From positions 186,001-250,000 of the forward strand of contig CP060758.1 of NCBI GenBank assembly GCA_023205875.1: a DNA stretch of 64,000 nt, written 5' to 3'. The notes under the pieces were generated by a model. It had not been told where the DNA came from. It saw only the letters and a list, made by a program, of their open reading frames with translations, and did no database searches. This document shows positions 48,501 through 60,143 of the stretch, piece after piece. This stretch comes from Chloropicon primus (Eukaryota). The position numbers and the translations under genes were made by a program. How positions within the stretch are numbered: the stretch's first letter is position 1; each line of letters starts with the position of its first letter.

Positions 48501-50950
48501 AACTTGTTCGCCGCCGTCCTGTCCATCTGAAACACGGACATCAGTAAGTTCAACGCACTCTCGATTGCTAGTTCGGCCTTGTAAGCAGAAACCCCAACGT
48601 GCTTCTCTTCGATCAGCTGGTTTACCCCTGTTTGGATGATCAGAATGATGGCTCTACACCCCGGCCCTCGGCTCAAGAAATCTTGCAGCGTCTGCAACGG
48701 AGCAACCTTGTCCAATATCAGCTTTCCGTCTTCCAAATCGACGTCCTCAATGTTGAACCCTTGCAGGGTCAGCTCAAGGAACGCCAGGCACTCTCTCGCC
48801 AAATCCCACTTCTGCTCCTTGTCCTTGTAGCCTCTGCTCATCAACGGGGCAAGAACCGACTCTCTGACGAACCTCACGTAGGAGTGCAGCATCGTGTGAA
48901 AGGATTGCGAGGACATGAGCAACCGGTTCAAGAGCTTCAAAAACGCCAAGGTAGAAGAGTACTCCTCGGCTCTCGCTTCGACCTCCGCGAGCTGGTACCT
49001 AATGTCTATCGGCATAGACGTTGAGCCGTCCTTTGGGATATCTGCGAGAAGTTTGCTGCTCTCAAGAAACCTCCACACCTGCTCGGCGAGACTGGCGTTT
49101 GAGACTGGGGCGAAAGACCTCGCGGCGATCAGCAGGGCCCCCTTCAGCTTTGCCGGGATGGCCTGCTGCTGCAAGAAGAAGAGCGGGAAAAGTGGCTTGT
49201 ATCCGTTGTCGTGGGCAAAGTCCCGGTGGTGCGGCGCCAAGATCTGCAAATCAAGAGACTGCAGCTGACTCAGCCACTGCGGGATGTCATGCGACGCTCC
49301 GTTCTCCAGAACGTGCGCCAGAAGCTCCAAGTAGGCCGCGAGGGTCGTTGCTTCATCTTCCTTCATGGCAGGAATCTCTTCCTGCTTGAACAGGCTGCAG
49401 TACTCCCAAAGTGCAGCGTACAACCCCGACCAGCTCGGCGGTGAGCCCCCCATAACGCTCGGGCTGGGATTCAGAAGCTTGTTGAAGATGTACGTGGCGC
49501 CACGAGCTCCTGTTGCAAGCGACGTGTACAAGTCCAGGAGCGGGACAAACGTCGAGGACTCTGGCTGCCGCTCCGCCGCGTGGTGCATCAGGGGGTTGAG
49601 AGCATGGCACTTCACGTGCAAGTCAAGGTCCACCCGGTACAATGCCGCCAAAAGCGTCAGAACAGAACCCAGTATCTGCCCCCCTTGAACCTGCTCGCCC
49701 TGGAAGTAAGTCCCCGTGCCCAACAGCATGCTCCCAGATTGGGAGTCTTTCTCAACCCATTGCAGGAAGTACACCAGCGTGTTGTGAACGACGTCTGCAC
49801 ACGTGTCCTTCATGTCCGGAGCCTCGTCGTTAAAGGTCACGGAATTGAACACGTTCTCGGCCGCGTACCAAAAGATGTCAACGGACTTGTCGGCGTGAGT
49901 TAGCCTGCACTTCAGCGCTGCCCTGAGGTAAGCCGACCACTTCGGGTTGTGCGTCAAATTTCCTCCCGTGCAGTGGAGCTCGACTTGGAGGACGCCCCAC
50001 GCCAGAAGGACCATGCCCAGAAGGCCGTTCTGCACATTTTCGTGGAGGGAGTCCATTACGCTTTGAAGCACGGTGTCCTTTCCCGCCTCGTACCTCAGGT
50101 TGTTCTGCAAGTGGACGTTGTTGGATGGGGTAAGGGAAGCCAAAACCCCAAAGCAGATGTAGTAGAGCTGCTGCATCATCGCTTGGTTCGCTAGCGACTT
50201 GGAATCCATGCCCTCCGCTTGCTTAATTTTGGATATCAGCAGCTCCAGAGCGCTTCGGATGTTGTCGCAGAACAAGGACGCTTTCTCGATCTTGAAAGAA
50301 GCGTTCATGATGCAAGTTCCGTAGAAGAAGCACCTCGAGAGCCACACTTGCTCCTGCTGCAAAAAGTGAGTCTTGCTGCCGACGATCGAACCGTATTGAT
50401 AGGAAACAACTTCCTGCTCCTTTCCCGGCGCGTCCGTCTTCATCAACGACAAGATGCGCTGCAGGAGCAAGGACTTGTTGCCTTGGGAGACCTCGGACAG
50501 GATCCCGAGGTTGAAGCTGCTCACGTACTTGAGCATCTCCGAGCCTGCGAACACCTGGTCCCCCTCCTTGGCGTGCAGCAACTGAAACTCGAACAGCTTG
50601 AACAAGGCTTCGACGAGAGACAGCCTCTCTTCGAGGTAGATCCCCGTCGCGGCTTCGATGGAGACCCTCCCCGTCTCCAGGTAGCTCGTCTGCAAGAGCT
50701 CCACGCAGTAGATCTCGTTCAAATCCAGTTGGTCACTCAGCGCGATAGCCTTTTGCACGTCCCCCTCGGACAGCTCTGTCTTCCCCTGGCTCGTGAATAT
50801 CTCCTTCTCCGACAGGTGCCTCCTCGCCTCCGGATTCTTCGGCTGTTCCCGCGGACCGGCACGAAACAGAACAAAACAAAACAAAACAAAACAACCTCCT
50901 CGTCAGTCCACCGCGGGCTTGAGCCCAAAGCCAAAATGAATGAACACGCA

Positions 50951-50988
<38 letters not shown>

Positions 50989-51209
50989 TAGAGAGCAAAG
51001 CTCCTCGCGTTCGTTCGCAATTCCGTTTCCTGTTCGAGTTGGAGTCGTGGACTTACCGGAAAGTCCAGTGCATTCAAGAAGTCCATACGAAACTGCTGCA
51101 TGAGTGAGCGGAGGCCAGACACCGTCTGCGTGTCAGGCCTCACGCCCGCCGCAAGGAGTCGCCTGATCTCCCTCAAGAGGCTTCGGTAGGTCAGCGTCTG
51201 GCTCGTCAT
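45515..51209 (-). CDS. NUP205: Nuclear pore scaffold nucleoporin Nup205/Nup192; 2 exons (51209-51057, 50842-45515)
   Basis: ~1825-aa Leu-rich alpha-solenoid; LDFPPKNPEARR, AIALSDQLDLNEIYCVELL, VEARAEEYSSTLAFLKLL, RGYKDKEQKW and PNLTHLLLGF. Confidence 0.85.
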
Positions 51210-51982
51210 CTTCCTTCCTTCTTTTTTGCTCCTCCTCGTCAACTCCAAAACAAAAAAATACGACGACGACGACGACGACACGACGACGGCGGCGACGACG
51301 ACGACGGCGAGGAGAAGACGCTTGCCTCCCTCGTTACGGCCTTCCTCGCCCTCCTCTGAGCGCCGCGATCGCGATCGATCGACTCTCTCTCTTCGAAAAA
51401 CGATCGATGATCAAGAGGGCGGGAGGAGTGATCGATCGCGATCGCGATCGCCTGACCAGAGACGACGAGGAGGAGGTGATCGCGAGGAGGAGGAGGCCGT
51501 GGAAGGCAGGAGAGAGGAGGCTTCGTTCCATCATCTCATCTCATCTTATTCCATCTCATCTCATCGCAAACGCGTCGCTTCATCGTAGCATCGTTTTCTC
51601 TTTGCTCTTTGGAACGAGTGAGTGAGTGAGTGATTGCGAGAGGAGGACGAGGAAGAGGAGGAGGCGTGGTTCCTCGGTGCGTTTGGGACGACGGGAGAGG
51701 GAAAGCTTGCAGGAGGGAGAGCCTTTGTCTTCGTCTCTCACTCTCTTTCTTTCTCTCTCTGTCTGTCTTTGGTGAGGTGTAAGTGCAAAGGGGGGATGGC
51801 AGTTCTGTGTGGGCGGAGACTGAGAGCGTAGAGGTTGGGCGTTCCACGATTTAGGATCGGTTCCGTGCCGTGTCTCCCCGCGGGCTTGGGCTTTGTGCGT
51901 CCGCGTCGTCTCTCGTTCCAGCGGAGCTCCCTTCCGAACACCCCATGGTTGGTTGAGCTCAAGTGAAGTGAGGTAAAGCGCT

Positions 51983-52438
51983 ATGACTAGAGGGAGCGGC
52001 GGGTTGGTTGAGAGGGTCTCTCGGTACTTGCGGAAGGACTTCAAGGAGATTGTGAACCCGTCTGCGATACCGAACCCCGAGTGGTACCAGGAGAAAGCCA
52101 GGGCCGCCGGGAAGGCGAGCCTGTTGGGCGCGGTGGGCTCCGCGCTCGTCGAGTACAGGAAGGGGTGGCAGCGGTACCTGTCTGGGAAGGACCCGGAGTC
52201 GAGCGCTGCGGACGACGGGGGTGGGGACCAGGGGAGGGAGGGAGGCAGCGACTTTGGGGCGGAAGATCTCTCCGAGGCGGTCAAGAAGGCAGGAAAGGAG
52301 GGGGCCGAGAAGGCGAGGCCGTACCTTCAGAGGCTGTATAAAACGAGAATGACGTCGTACAGGGACGCCATCAAAGAGTTCTCGATAGGCTTTGGCGAAG
52401 GACTGGCCAAGGAAGAGCCGCCGAGCAAGAAAGGCTGA
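51983..52438 (+). CDS. Hypothetical protein, 151 aa (may have additional 5' sequence)
   Basis: Clean ORF with host-like codon usage. C-terminal LQRLYKTRMTSYRDAIKEFSIGFGEG recalls an uncharacterised green-lineage family (from memory). Confidence 0.65.
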   Translation: MTRGSGGLVERVSRYLRKDFKEIVNPSAIPNPEWYQEKARAAGKASLLGAVGSALVEYRKGWQRYLSGKDPESSAADDGGGDQGREGGSDFGAEDLSEAVKKAGKEGAEKARPYLQRLYKTRMTSYRDAIKEFSIGFGEGLAKEEPPSKKG

Positions 52439-52658
52439 GGTGCCGGCTGGTTCTTTCTCGACGAGAGAGCAAAAAAAAATCCGTGAGTGCACGGGCGGGA
52501 GCGAGAGAAGCGCTCGCAGAGCTTAAGCTTGTTGTTATTCTTGTTGTAGAGGGGAATGCTTACAGAATTAACCGAATCGAATTCCGTCCGCCGCCCTTTC
52601 TTTCTCTCTCTCTCTAAAAGACCCCCGTTTTTCGTTCCTGCGCTCGCTCTTCTCCGCT

Positions 52659-52994
52659 TCACAGGAACAGCTCCTGCACCGGACCGTTCGAGAGCTCGCA
52701 GAGCTTGTTGTAGTTCTGCATGTCGAACGAGTCCCCGAAGGCCGTGTAGGACTCCTCCTGGACGGTCGTGTTGTTCTCCACGACGCCCTCGATCTCCACG
52801 AACTGCGTGTCGTACTGGCTTCCCTGCTTGGGCTTGATGAACACGGTCTGTCCGTCGCACGTCGAGGCCTTCAAGCTATCTCCGCTCCACTCCTCCACCT
52901 TGCACACCAACCGCACCTTGCGTCCGATGTACCTCTGCATGATGTCGTAGTTCACCCGTGGCGTCGGCTCGCTGCAATCCATTCCGCTCTCCAT
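52659..52994 (-). CDS. RPA3: Replication protein A 14-kDa subunit
   Basis: PTPRVN...YIGRKVRLVCKV...FVEIEGVV...FGDSFDMQNYNKL; start at 52994 or 52982. Confidence 0.9.
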   Translation of the reverse strand: MESGMDCSEPTPRVNYDIMQRYIGRKVRLVCKVEEWSGDSLKASTCDGQTVFIKPKQGSQYDTQFVEIEGVVENNTTVQEESYTAFGDSFDMQNYNKLCELSNGPVQELFL

Positions 52995-53437
52995 CTCTCT
53001 CTCTCTCTCTCTCGTCCTGATCAAACACGAAAAACCATGAAAACGAAGAAGAGGAAGATGGATTCAGTCGTAAGATCCTCAACACCTTGCGAGGTTTGCC
53101 AAGGGAGGGGTCGACGGGAACGGAACGAAGCGCCGGACAAGATCACGCCGTCCTCCCGCCCCTCACTCTCGCTCTCGCACTCGCACTCGCGTTGCGTTAC
53201 CTTGTTGCTGCTCTTTGTCGTTTGTGGTCTGCTCTTTTGCTTTGGGCGCGAAAAATTTGTCCGAATCGAGCAGAAGAGAGAAGAGGGGGACGAACAGAGA
53301 AGGGAGCAGGAGCAGGTGTGTGGAGGAGGATCAATGATCAATGAGGATCAATCACGAGCTACCACCCCTGGAGGGTAACGGAAAAGGTAAAATTGTGTTT
53401 CAGAACTTGAAAGGTGGTGCCGTCAGGATCAGTTAGT

Positions 53438-54676
53438 TCACTGGATCATTGCGGCTATGATGCCCGTTGCTGCGTCTGAATTCATGGTCTTCTCGTGGGC
53501 CTTGAAGAAGGAAACCAGATCCCTCACAAACGTTTTTGGGGGCTGACGGGTTCTCCACTTGGTGGCCTGGTCCAAAAAGTATGTCCAGGTTTTACACAGC
53601 CCGTACTCGTCTGCCAAGGCAAGGCTTGCCATCACCTTTTGGCTGCACTTTCTGGTGCATTCATTCTGGACTTGAGAAGCATCTAAGTGTCCACCGTGGT
53701 CAGAAAACAAGCCAGGCACGCAGTCCTTCAGGTAGGTTACAACCGCTTTGTCGAGGAGTGTGGTGACCATATCAGCACGCAAAAATCGAGCGGCATCAAG
53801 CAGAGAGTCGCAAGTGCAATCCTCAAGGGATCCCGTTGTGGATCTCCTTGCCTCTGTAATCGTGACTCGTATCTGCAGAACGTCGTCGACGACGAAGCCT
53901 TTGTTGGGATCGCCGAGGTCCGCAAGGCTCAAGATTTCATGGTAACCCCAGCGGTATAAATCGCGGTTGAAACAATCAGGTCCTGCTTTCGTCGTGCGCG
54001 TCATATCCGGGTTCTCAGGATTGACCACCGCCAGCTCGTAGGACACTTTCCGGCTCCACCATGAAGGCAGAGCACCCGCATCCGCAAGGCACAGGTACAA
54101 CGACATGTGACTAGAAACGCTCCTGCTTACTTCTGGGAAAAGACTGAGATACCACTTGCAGCCAGCAAGAGTGAAGGGTTCTGACTTGATCTCCTTCTTC
54201 CCGTTCTCAGAGCTCCAGTTCTTGATGCTCCAAGTGTGCGTCTCGCCCTCCAGAGAGTCCTCCGGCATCGAAAACTGGAGAGGATACCTGTCAAACAGAC
54301 CGACAAGATCTCCAGCGTCAAAGAACATGGCGCTGTACAGCAGGGACACGACTTCAACAAGGGCGTTCCATCCACCTGCTGTGAACAAACCTTCAGGAAA
54401 TGCCATGTGCGCAACACCACGCGAACCCTTCCCCTTGTCCTCCGCATCTGCCGCTTCCCCTTCATCCGGTTTGAGGTCCGAAAGGTCCACGAAGCCGAGG
54501 ACGTCTTGAGTGCCCTCGAAGATGAAGTCGTGCACCAGGCCACTCATCCTCGACATGTACATGGCGTCGAGGTGCATCTTCTTGTCCTTGTAGCTGATGA
54601 TGAGCGAGGCATGAGGACTCTCCTTCTCGAGTTGACCACGTTTCTCGTCCATCACAGTCGTTATCGCCTTCGCCAT
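53438..54676 (-). CDS. MATH/TRAF-domain protein with BTB/BACK-like flanks
   Basis: MATH: HTWSIKNWS, SEPFTLAGCKWYLSLFP, HMSLYL, WGYHEILSLADL and GFVVDDVLQIRVTI. Confidence 0.8.
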   Translation of the reverse strand: MAKAITTVMDEKRGQLEKESPHASLIISYKDKKMHLDAMYMSRMSGLVHDFIFEGTQDVLGFVDLSDLKPDEGEAADAEDKGKGSRGVAHMAFPEGLFTAGGWNALVEVVSLLYSAMFFDAGDLVGLFDRYPLQFSMPEDSLEGETHTWSIKNWSSENGKKEIKSEPFTLAGCKWYLSLFPEVSRSVSSHMSLYLCLADAGALPSWWSRKVSYELAVVNPENPDMTRTTKAGPDCFNRDLYRWGYHEILSLADLGDPNKGFVVDDVLQIRVTITEARRSTTGSLEDCTCDSLLDAARFLRADMVTTLLDKAVVTYLKDCVPGLFSDHGGHLDASQVQNECTRKCSQKVMASLALADEYGLCKTWTYFLDQATKWRTRQPPKTFVRDLVSFFKAHEKTMNSDAATGIIAAMIQ

Positions 54677-54729
54677 CTTTGTGTTCGCGTTCTCTCTTCT
54701 CGCTGCAGTAGTCTCGAGCTCCTTGCCCT

Positions 54730-54772
<43 letters not shown>

Positions 54773-55258
54773 TGTGCTTGCCCCACCGCCGTTGGCCGTT
54801 TTCTTCACTGCCTCGAGAAATTCTAAGCAGACCATATCCATATCGTGCCTCGACAATCGTAAAGCCTGGCGTTACAGATCAAACCATTTGGATTTGGAGC
54901 ATCAACATGAATGATGGAGACGGAGACGGCGCCGCCTCTCGTGTGTGTGTGTTGTGTGTGAGCGGCCCGCACTCCGCAGTGCTTGATCCATCCATCACAC
55001 AGAGGATCGTCGTCCCTTATTTCTATTGGTATTTCTTCTTCGTGCAGGAGAGGGGGGCTCGGAGTGAAGCCACCCGCTGGCGCAGGGAACGTTCTCAAAA
55101 GATACAAAAACTATGTTACAAGAACAAAATAGGATACTCTACTGTACGACGATGGAAAAAGGCTTTGCCTTCCTTGTGTGTGTGTGCAGCACAGGGCGCT
55201 TCTGCCTCAAAAAGCATGCGGGTCGTCCTCTCTCCAGTTCAAGGCGAGGAAGAAACTC

Positions 55259-56140
55259 TCAGAAGCTCTCGTAATGCTGCGTCGGGAGGTCTCGTCCCGA
55301 GTTCTTCAGCGCCTGGACCTCCATTCGCTCCATGAGAACGTCCCTTCCCGTCCACTGCCTCTCCATGCTGTTCAAAAGCATGTCCTCCATGATGTCTTTC
55401 ATCTCCACCTCTGTCGTCGTTTCCTCGCCGCTCGGCGCGCACAGGTCCAAGTCCCCGGTGGAGTGGCCCTCGCCCAGCGTGATTTGGGAGTCGAAGCTCG
55501 CCGACTTCGACGACGGAAGGCTAAGCAAGGCGTCCGAGCCGCACCTCTGAAAGGTGCTGCTGCTGGCGCCCTCGCTGCTCTGCCTGTAGTGGTGCATCTT
55601 GTCCAACATGCTGTCTTCGGTCTGCGCCATCATGACGGACATGTCCAGCGCGAGTTCCTTGGCGCGCTGCAGGCCTTCCGTGGGGCAGCCCGTGCCGGCC
55701 ATGGCACTGCTCTCAAAGCACGCGTCGTTGCCGTGAGGCGAACGGGGGCTGTGGAGGCTGCTTTGGGGTGATGGTTCGTCCTCCGCCGCCGTCGTCGTCG
55801 CCGTGGCGTAGCACTCCATCCACCTGTCCCTGTCGATTATCGTCATCGTTCGCTCCAGAACGACCTGCTCCTCGACGCCGGGGGTGCGGATGTGCGCCGA
55901 GGCCGACGCCGTGGCGGTATCATCCCTCTCTCCCCAAGGGGCCAACTCGTGCCCGGACATCACGGACTTTGGGGGCTCGTTCGTCGCGCAAGACTCGGAG
56001 CTTCTGCTCTTCTCGTCCCCGCGCTCCAACGCTCCGAGGTCCACAAACTTGCTTTTGCCTCTCGCCTCGTCCCAGCCGCGACAGAGGCGGCCTATCGAGG
56101 CCGACGAGACGCTCCCAAAGTACATCGGCGACTGCAGCAT
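55259..56140 (-). CDS. Hypothetical Ser/Thr/acidic low-complexity protein, 293 aa
   Basis: ATG-started ORF with GC3-rich codons, preceded by an apparent splice acceptor; no recognisable domain. Confidence 0.6.
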   Translation of the reverse strand: MLQSPMYFGSVSSASIGRLCRGWDEARGKSKFVDLGALERGDEKSRSSESCATNEPPKSVMSGHELAPWGERDDTATASASAHIRTPGVEEQVVLERTMTIIDRDRWMECYATATTTAAEDEPSPQSSLHSPRSPHGNDACFESSAMAGTGCPTEGLQRAKELALDMSVMMAQTEDSMLDKMHHYRQSSEGASSSTFQRCGSDALLSLPSSKSASFDSQITLGEGHSTGDLDLCAPSGEETTTEVEMKDIMEDMLLNSMERQWTGRDVLMERMEVQALKNSGRDLPTQHYESF

Positions 56141-57096
56141 TGCTCCTGGAAGCCCTCAGGTCAGAACACAAACACACGCCGAGCGTATCGCTCCGTCTCT
56201 CTCTCTCTCTCTGTCTGCCTGCCTTCGCCGTCCCTCGATCCGCCAAGACACGAAGCAGAAGAGCAAGTCCTCGAAGACACAATGCCGCGATGCCAAACTC
56301 CCGTCCAACACCTCCTGCCGCCCTCGCCCTCGCCGTTGCAAAAGTATCAACCCAACCCGTCAGGCCTCCCTCCCTCCCTCACTCTTCGTCGCTGGGCCGC
56401 GCCGGTGGCTCCAATGAAGCCGGAAGCCGTCGTGGACACAATGCCGCAATCAAAGCCGCTCGTCAAACGCCTCCGCTCCCTCTGTCGTCGTCGTCGTCGT
56501 CGAGGCGGTCGCCCAAAAAAGTGCAGCAGCTCTCTCTCTCTTTTTGCTCCTGCTCTGCTCGTTGCAAAAAGCTGCTGGCTCATGTTGCCTCCGTTACGGT
56601 GTAACGTGTGGAGAGTACAAAATAATGTGTTACTATGGAGTGTAAACGTTGCAACCTAGACCGTGGTTTTGTTCGCTGAGGTTCGCTGAGCTGGTGACAA
56701 GGAGGACAGGAGGACAGGAAGGGGACGAGGCAATGCTTGAGCGAAACGAGGCCCTTGCGGGCCTTTCCGTGGACCACCTCGCTCGACCCGTTTGGCTTTC
56801 GGAGTGGTTCGCAATACAGGAGGTTGCACACGCACAAGGAAGGCAAGCAACGACTTGCAAACCTTCCACCAGGGTGAAGCAAAGTTCAGTTCAACAGCAA
56901 CAACAGGAGAGAAGCAACATCAATGGATACGTCCATTGCTCTCGTCTCTTCCCTTCTCTCTCTCTCGCTCTCTCGTCTCTCGGCTCTCAATTCCATGCAT
57001 ATTGTCTTTCACAAAAGAAAAGAAAAACGTCGTTTTCCCGCCAAACCGGGAGGGGCATAAGGTGTCACCTTGGGATCGTCACAGCAGTCCGAGGCC

Positions 57097-57677
57097 ATGG
57101 AGGGTGTCGACACGGTGAACTCAACGAGTAAGTGTGAAGCCTCCGCAACGTCTCCACCCAACCTCGTGAACGAAAGGCCCTGCCTTTGTCCTCACCTTGG
57201 ACCATCCTCTCCACCTCACGTTTCATTCCAACTGCTGACTTTGGTGTTGCTTTGCTCTTTCTCGACCGGAAGACACCACGGTCTCGTCGAGCCTGCTCCT
57301 GCAACAGCTGCTCTTTTACAACTACTACCTCTCGCCAACCTGGTTCGTGGCAGTTGTGTTTATTATCGTGTACAAGGTGAGTCCTTTGCCATGCTTTGCC
57401 CTTCGATTCGATTTGTTCTTCTCTGCTGACGGCTTCGTTGTTCCTCTTCCCCTCGGTGAGCAGTATGGCGAGGGTCTCAGCGTGAACGACCCGGACCAGA
57501 TACGGACAGCGGTGCTGTTCCTGTGGCTTCTAGCGGAACCAGTTCGGCTTTGGACGGGCTACAGCGGCAACTTGAGAGAAAATGTGAGTCAAGTGTTTGT
57601 TGTCGTACGCTCCCCTCTCACCACCCGTCCTGAAAAGCAATCTGACACACCGTGCTTCGCTTTCTTTTCCCCTCCTC

Positions 57678-57708
<31 letters not shown>

Positions 57709-58098
57709 TGGCGGCAGGTTCCGATCCTCCTGGTGTTCTGGCTCCTCACTTTCTTCGTGAGCATACCCGTGTCCTTTTACTTCAGTGTTGCGCAGATGGA
57801 CATCCAACCCTACGACAAGGGCATCAACATTGTTGTCCTGGTCATGCTCGTCCTGGAGCTTGGCACTGGGGTCCACGCGGTAAGCCACGTGATCGAAGTC
57901 GGTTGCATTTGCGCGCGCGCACACACACACACTCACACACGCCAAATCGCGCGCGTCTCGGCTAACTCCTCTGCTTCTCCTTCCCTTTTCTCTTGCTGCT
58001 GCTCTTTCTGTAAGGCCTTGAAAATACTGAGAAGCCAATCGAAGAAGTACTACCTGGAGGAGTACGTCTCGGGCGTGGAGAAGATCCACACGAATTAG
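57097..58098 (+). CDS. Ciliary transition-zone membrane protein, TMEM17/TMEM216 family; 5 exons (57097-57127, 57273-57376, 57464-57583, 57718-57879, 58015-58098)
   Basis: VSSSLLLQQLLFYNYY and EPVRLWTGYSGNLRE signatures; four hydrophobic segments; 166 aa in frame after splicing. Confidence 0.85.
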
Positions 58099-58259
58099 AA
58101 TTAGGCCGAGAACCACGAAGCCTAGCCTCTGTCTCTCTTCCATCATCCCCATTGTACCATCATCATCATCATCAAAAGCAAAGTAAGAATAGGACAACAA
58201 TAATCGTATTCCAATTTATTACTGTACACTTCCAAAGCCGTGTCGCCCTCGGGCCCAAG

Positions 58260-59264
58260 TTACGCGCACAAGTCCATGAGGCGCTCGATGTCGCTGGTCC
58301 TCAGGGGGATCTTGTACAGGGTCACTCTGCTGTCCGGGGAATCCTGCATGCAAACCAGGTCGTGATCGATGAACTCCTCGAGGTGGGACCTCAAAGTGAT
58401 TTCGTTGCTGAGGATGAGCTGCTCCCTGCAGGAGGTGAAGAGCTCGGCGAACTGCATTCCTCCCGAACCCGCCGATCCCGAACCCGCTTCCCCGTCCTCG
58501 CTGCTGCCGCCCGCTATCTGGCTCTCCCCCAGCTCCCTGAACACCGCTCTCGCCGTTTGGGTCAGACTGCTGAGCACCACGGACGCGGCCTGCAGCCTCC
58601 TTCCGTCGTTCTCCTCGAAAGCGATGTCGTCCTGGTACATCAGCTCGTCCTCGTACGAGCAGTAGGTCGGGACGTGGAAGTAGTGGAAGTTCAGGAGCCC
58701 GGCGAGCTTCTGGTCCCAAAGCAGCGGAGTCACCGAGGCGTTGTCGGCCGACGCCACGAGGTGCACGTTGGGCAGCTCGGCCAGGCGCGCCAATACCTCC
58801 TGGCAGTCCTCCCCCCTGATGTTCTGACCCTCGATGTTGTGCACGAACAGGAAGACCGAGCGGTCCGACTTTCGGAGCTCGCTCACCACCCGCTTGGCGA
58901 GCGCGGCGACGGACCTCTTGCTCCCCGAGATGTTCAGGGCCTCCTCCTCCCCCGTCAAGCCCGCGGCTTGGGACACCTGTATCAGCAGCTCCTTCAGCGT
59001 GAAGTGAGGCGAGTACCCTATCACCTCCACCACCGCAGCCTCCGTGTCCACCTCCATGAGGTACGTCATGAAAGCCGAGAGGACAACCTTCTTCGAACCG
59101 AAACCGTACAGGAACACGCTGAACCCCTCGTGGAGGCTGCAAGCCCACGTGGGAAAGAGCCGCCCGTGCCTCAGCAGAAGGTCCTGCTTCTCGTTGAAGT
59201 GCTTCACCGGGATGCCCTCCACCCTCTCCTTCCCCACCAGCTTCAACCTCTTCGCCACCTTCAT
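58260..59264 (-). CDS. ORC2: Origin recognition complex subunit 2
   Basis: FPTWACSLHEGFSVFLYGFGSKK, FLFVHNIEG, HLVASADN, PLLWD and LRSHLEEFIDHDLV. Confidence 0.92.
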   Translation of the reverse strand: MKVAKRLKLVGKERVEGIPVKHFNEKQDLLLRHGRLFPTWACSLHEGFSVFLYGFGSKKVVLSAFMTYLMEVDTEAAVVEVIGYSPHFTLKELLIQVSQAAGLTGEEEALNISGSKRSVAALAKRVVSELRKSDRSVFLFVHNIEGQNIRGEDCQEVLARLAELPNVHLVASADNASVTPLLWDQKLAGLLNFHYFHVPTYCSYEDELMYQDDIAFEENDGRRLQAASVVLSSLTQTARAVFRELGESQIAGGSSEDGEAGSGSAGSGGMQFAELFTSCREQLILSNEITLRSHLEEFIDHDLVCMQDSPDSRVTLYKIPLRTSDIERLMDLCA

Positions 59265-59941
59265 CTTTCGAAGACCTTAAGGCAACCACCTTCCGGACGC
59301 TCCTGCCCGTCTCACTCTTGGACCGACTCCGCGGAGTCTCTCCTTTGGATCGATATCGATTGGTTTGATGGATCGATCGATCCAATCAATCGGTGGTTGG
59401 TTCACTTGGACGGAACGCCACGCCGCCCGCGGTCAATCGAACAAGCTCTTGAGAAGGAGAACACCAACAGGAACAAGGGAGAGAAGAAGAATTGCCTTCT
59501 CTTCCTCTCGATCTCGATTCTTCTTCGTGATGCTCGTGACGACGAAGCCCGGCCGACTCCTCTCAATAGAGCGCTGGTTCCCCTCCAATTTTCTTCCCCG
59601 TTTTTTCGCGGGAAACGAAGGATTTTTTCCCGCGAAAACGGAGGAGAGCGCATGGAGGACGGGAGAGGTGAGGAGGGCGCGAGGAGGTTGGGGGGGAGGA
59701 GGGCACGAGGGCAAAGATCATGTCGCGGTCTTCCCAAAGAGCCCTCGCTTGTGATGAACGGCGCTCTGACGAGGATGTTGGCGACTGATTTCTGTTTCGT
59801 TTTCTGCTCAGAGGGGAGGGCATTGGTTTGATTTTGCTGTAGAGGAGAGAGGACGAGGACGAGGGCGAGGACCCGGAGACCTCCGTGCGTGTTCCTGCGG
59901 ATGACGCCAGCATGAAGAGCTAGGGTTCGGTTTAGGGAGGG

Positions 59942-60098
59942 ATGCGAAGGCCGAGGGGAAGGCCGAGGGGAAGGCCGAGGACCGGGAGACCACCGTCGAG
60001 GGGACTCAGTGGGAGCGAGACGGTAGAGGGATACTCGTCCGGGGACGATCTGGACCTCCTCGTTGAGGGGTGAGTCGGTTTCTTTGAATGCGAGCGTG

Positions 60099-60143
<45 letters not shown>

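Noticed and set aside
51365..51485. Cyanobacterial HIP1 (GCGATCGC) origin
   Set aside because: The motifs are clustered in eukaryotic promoter regions between intron-containing genes, not dispersed as in cyanobacterial DNA.
56300..57090. Possible gene or ncRNA in this long spacer (e.g. ORF 56649-57131)
   Set aside because: No domain, weak coding signature and no recognisable RNA motif; more likely UTR or promoter sequence.
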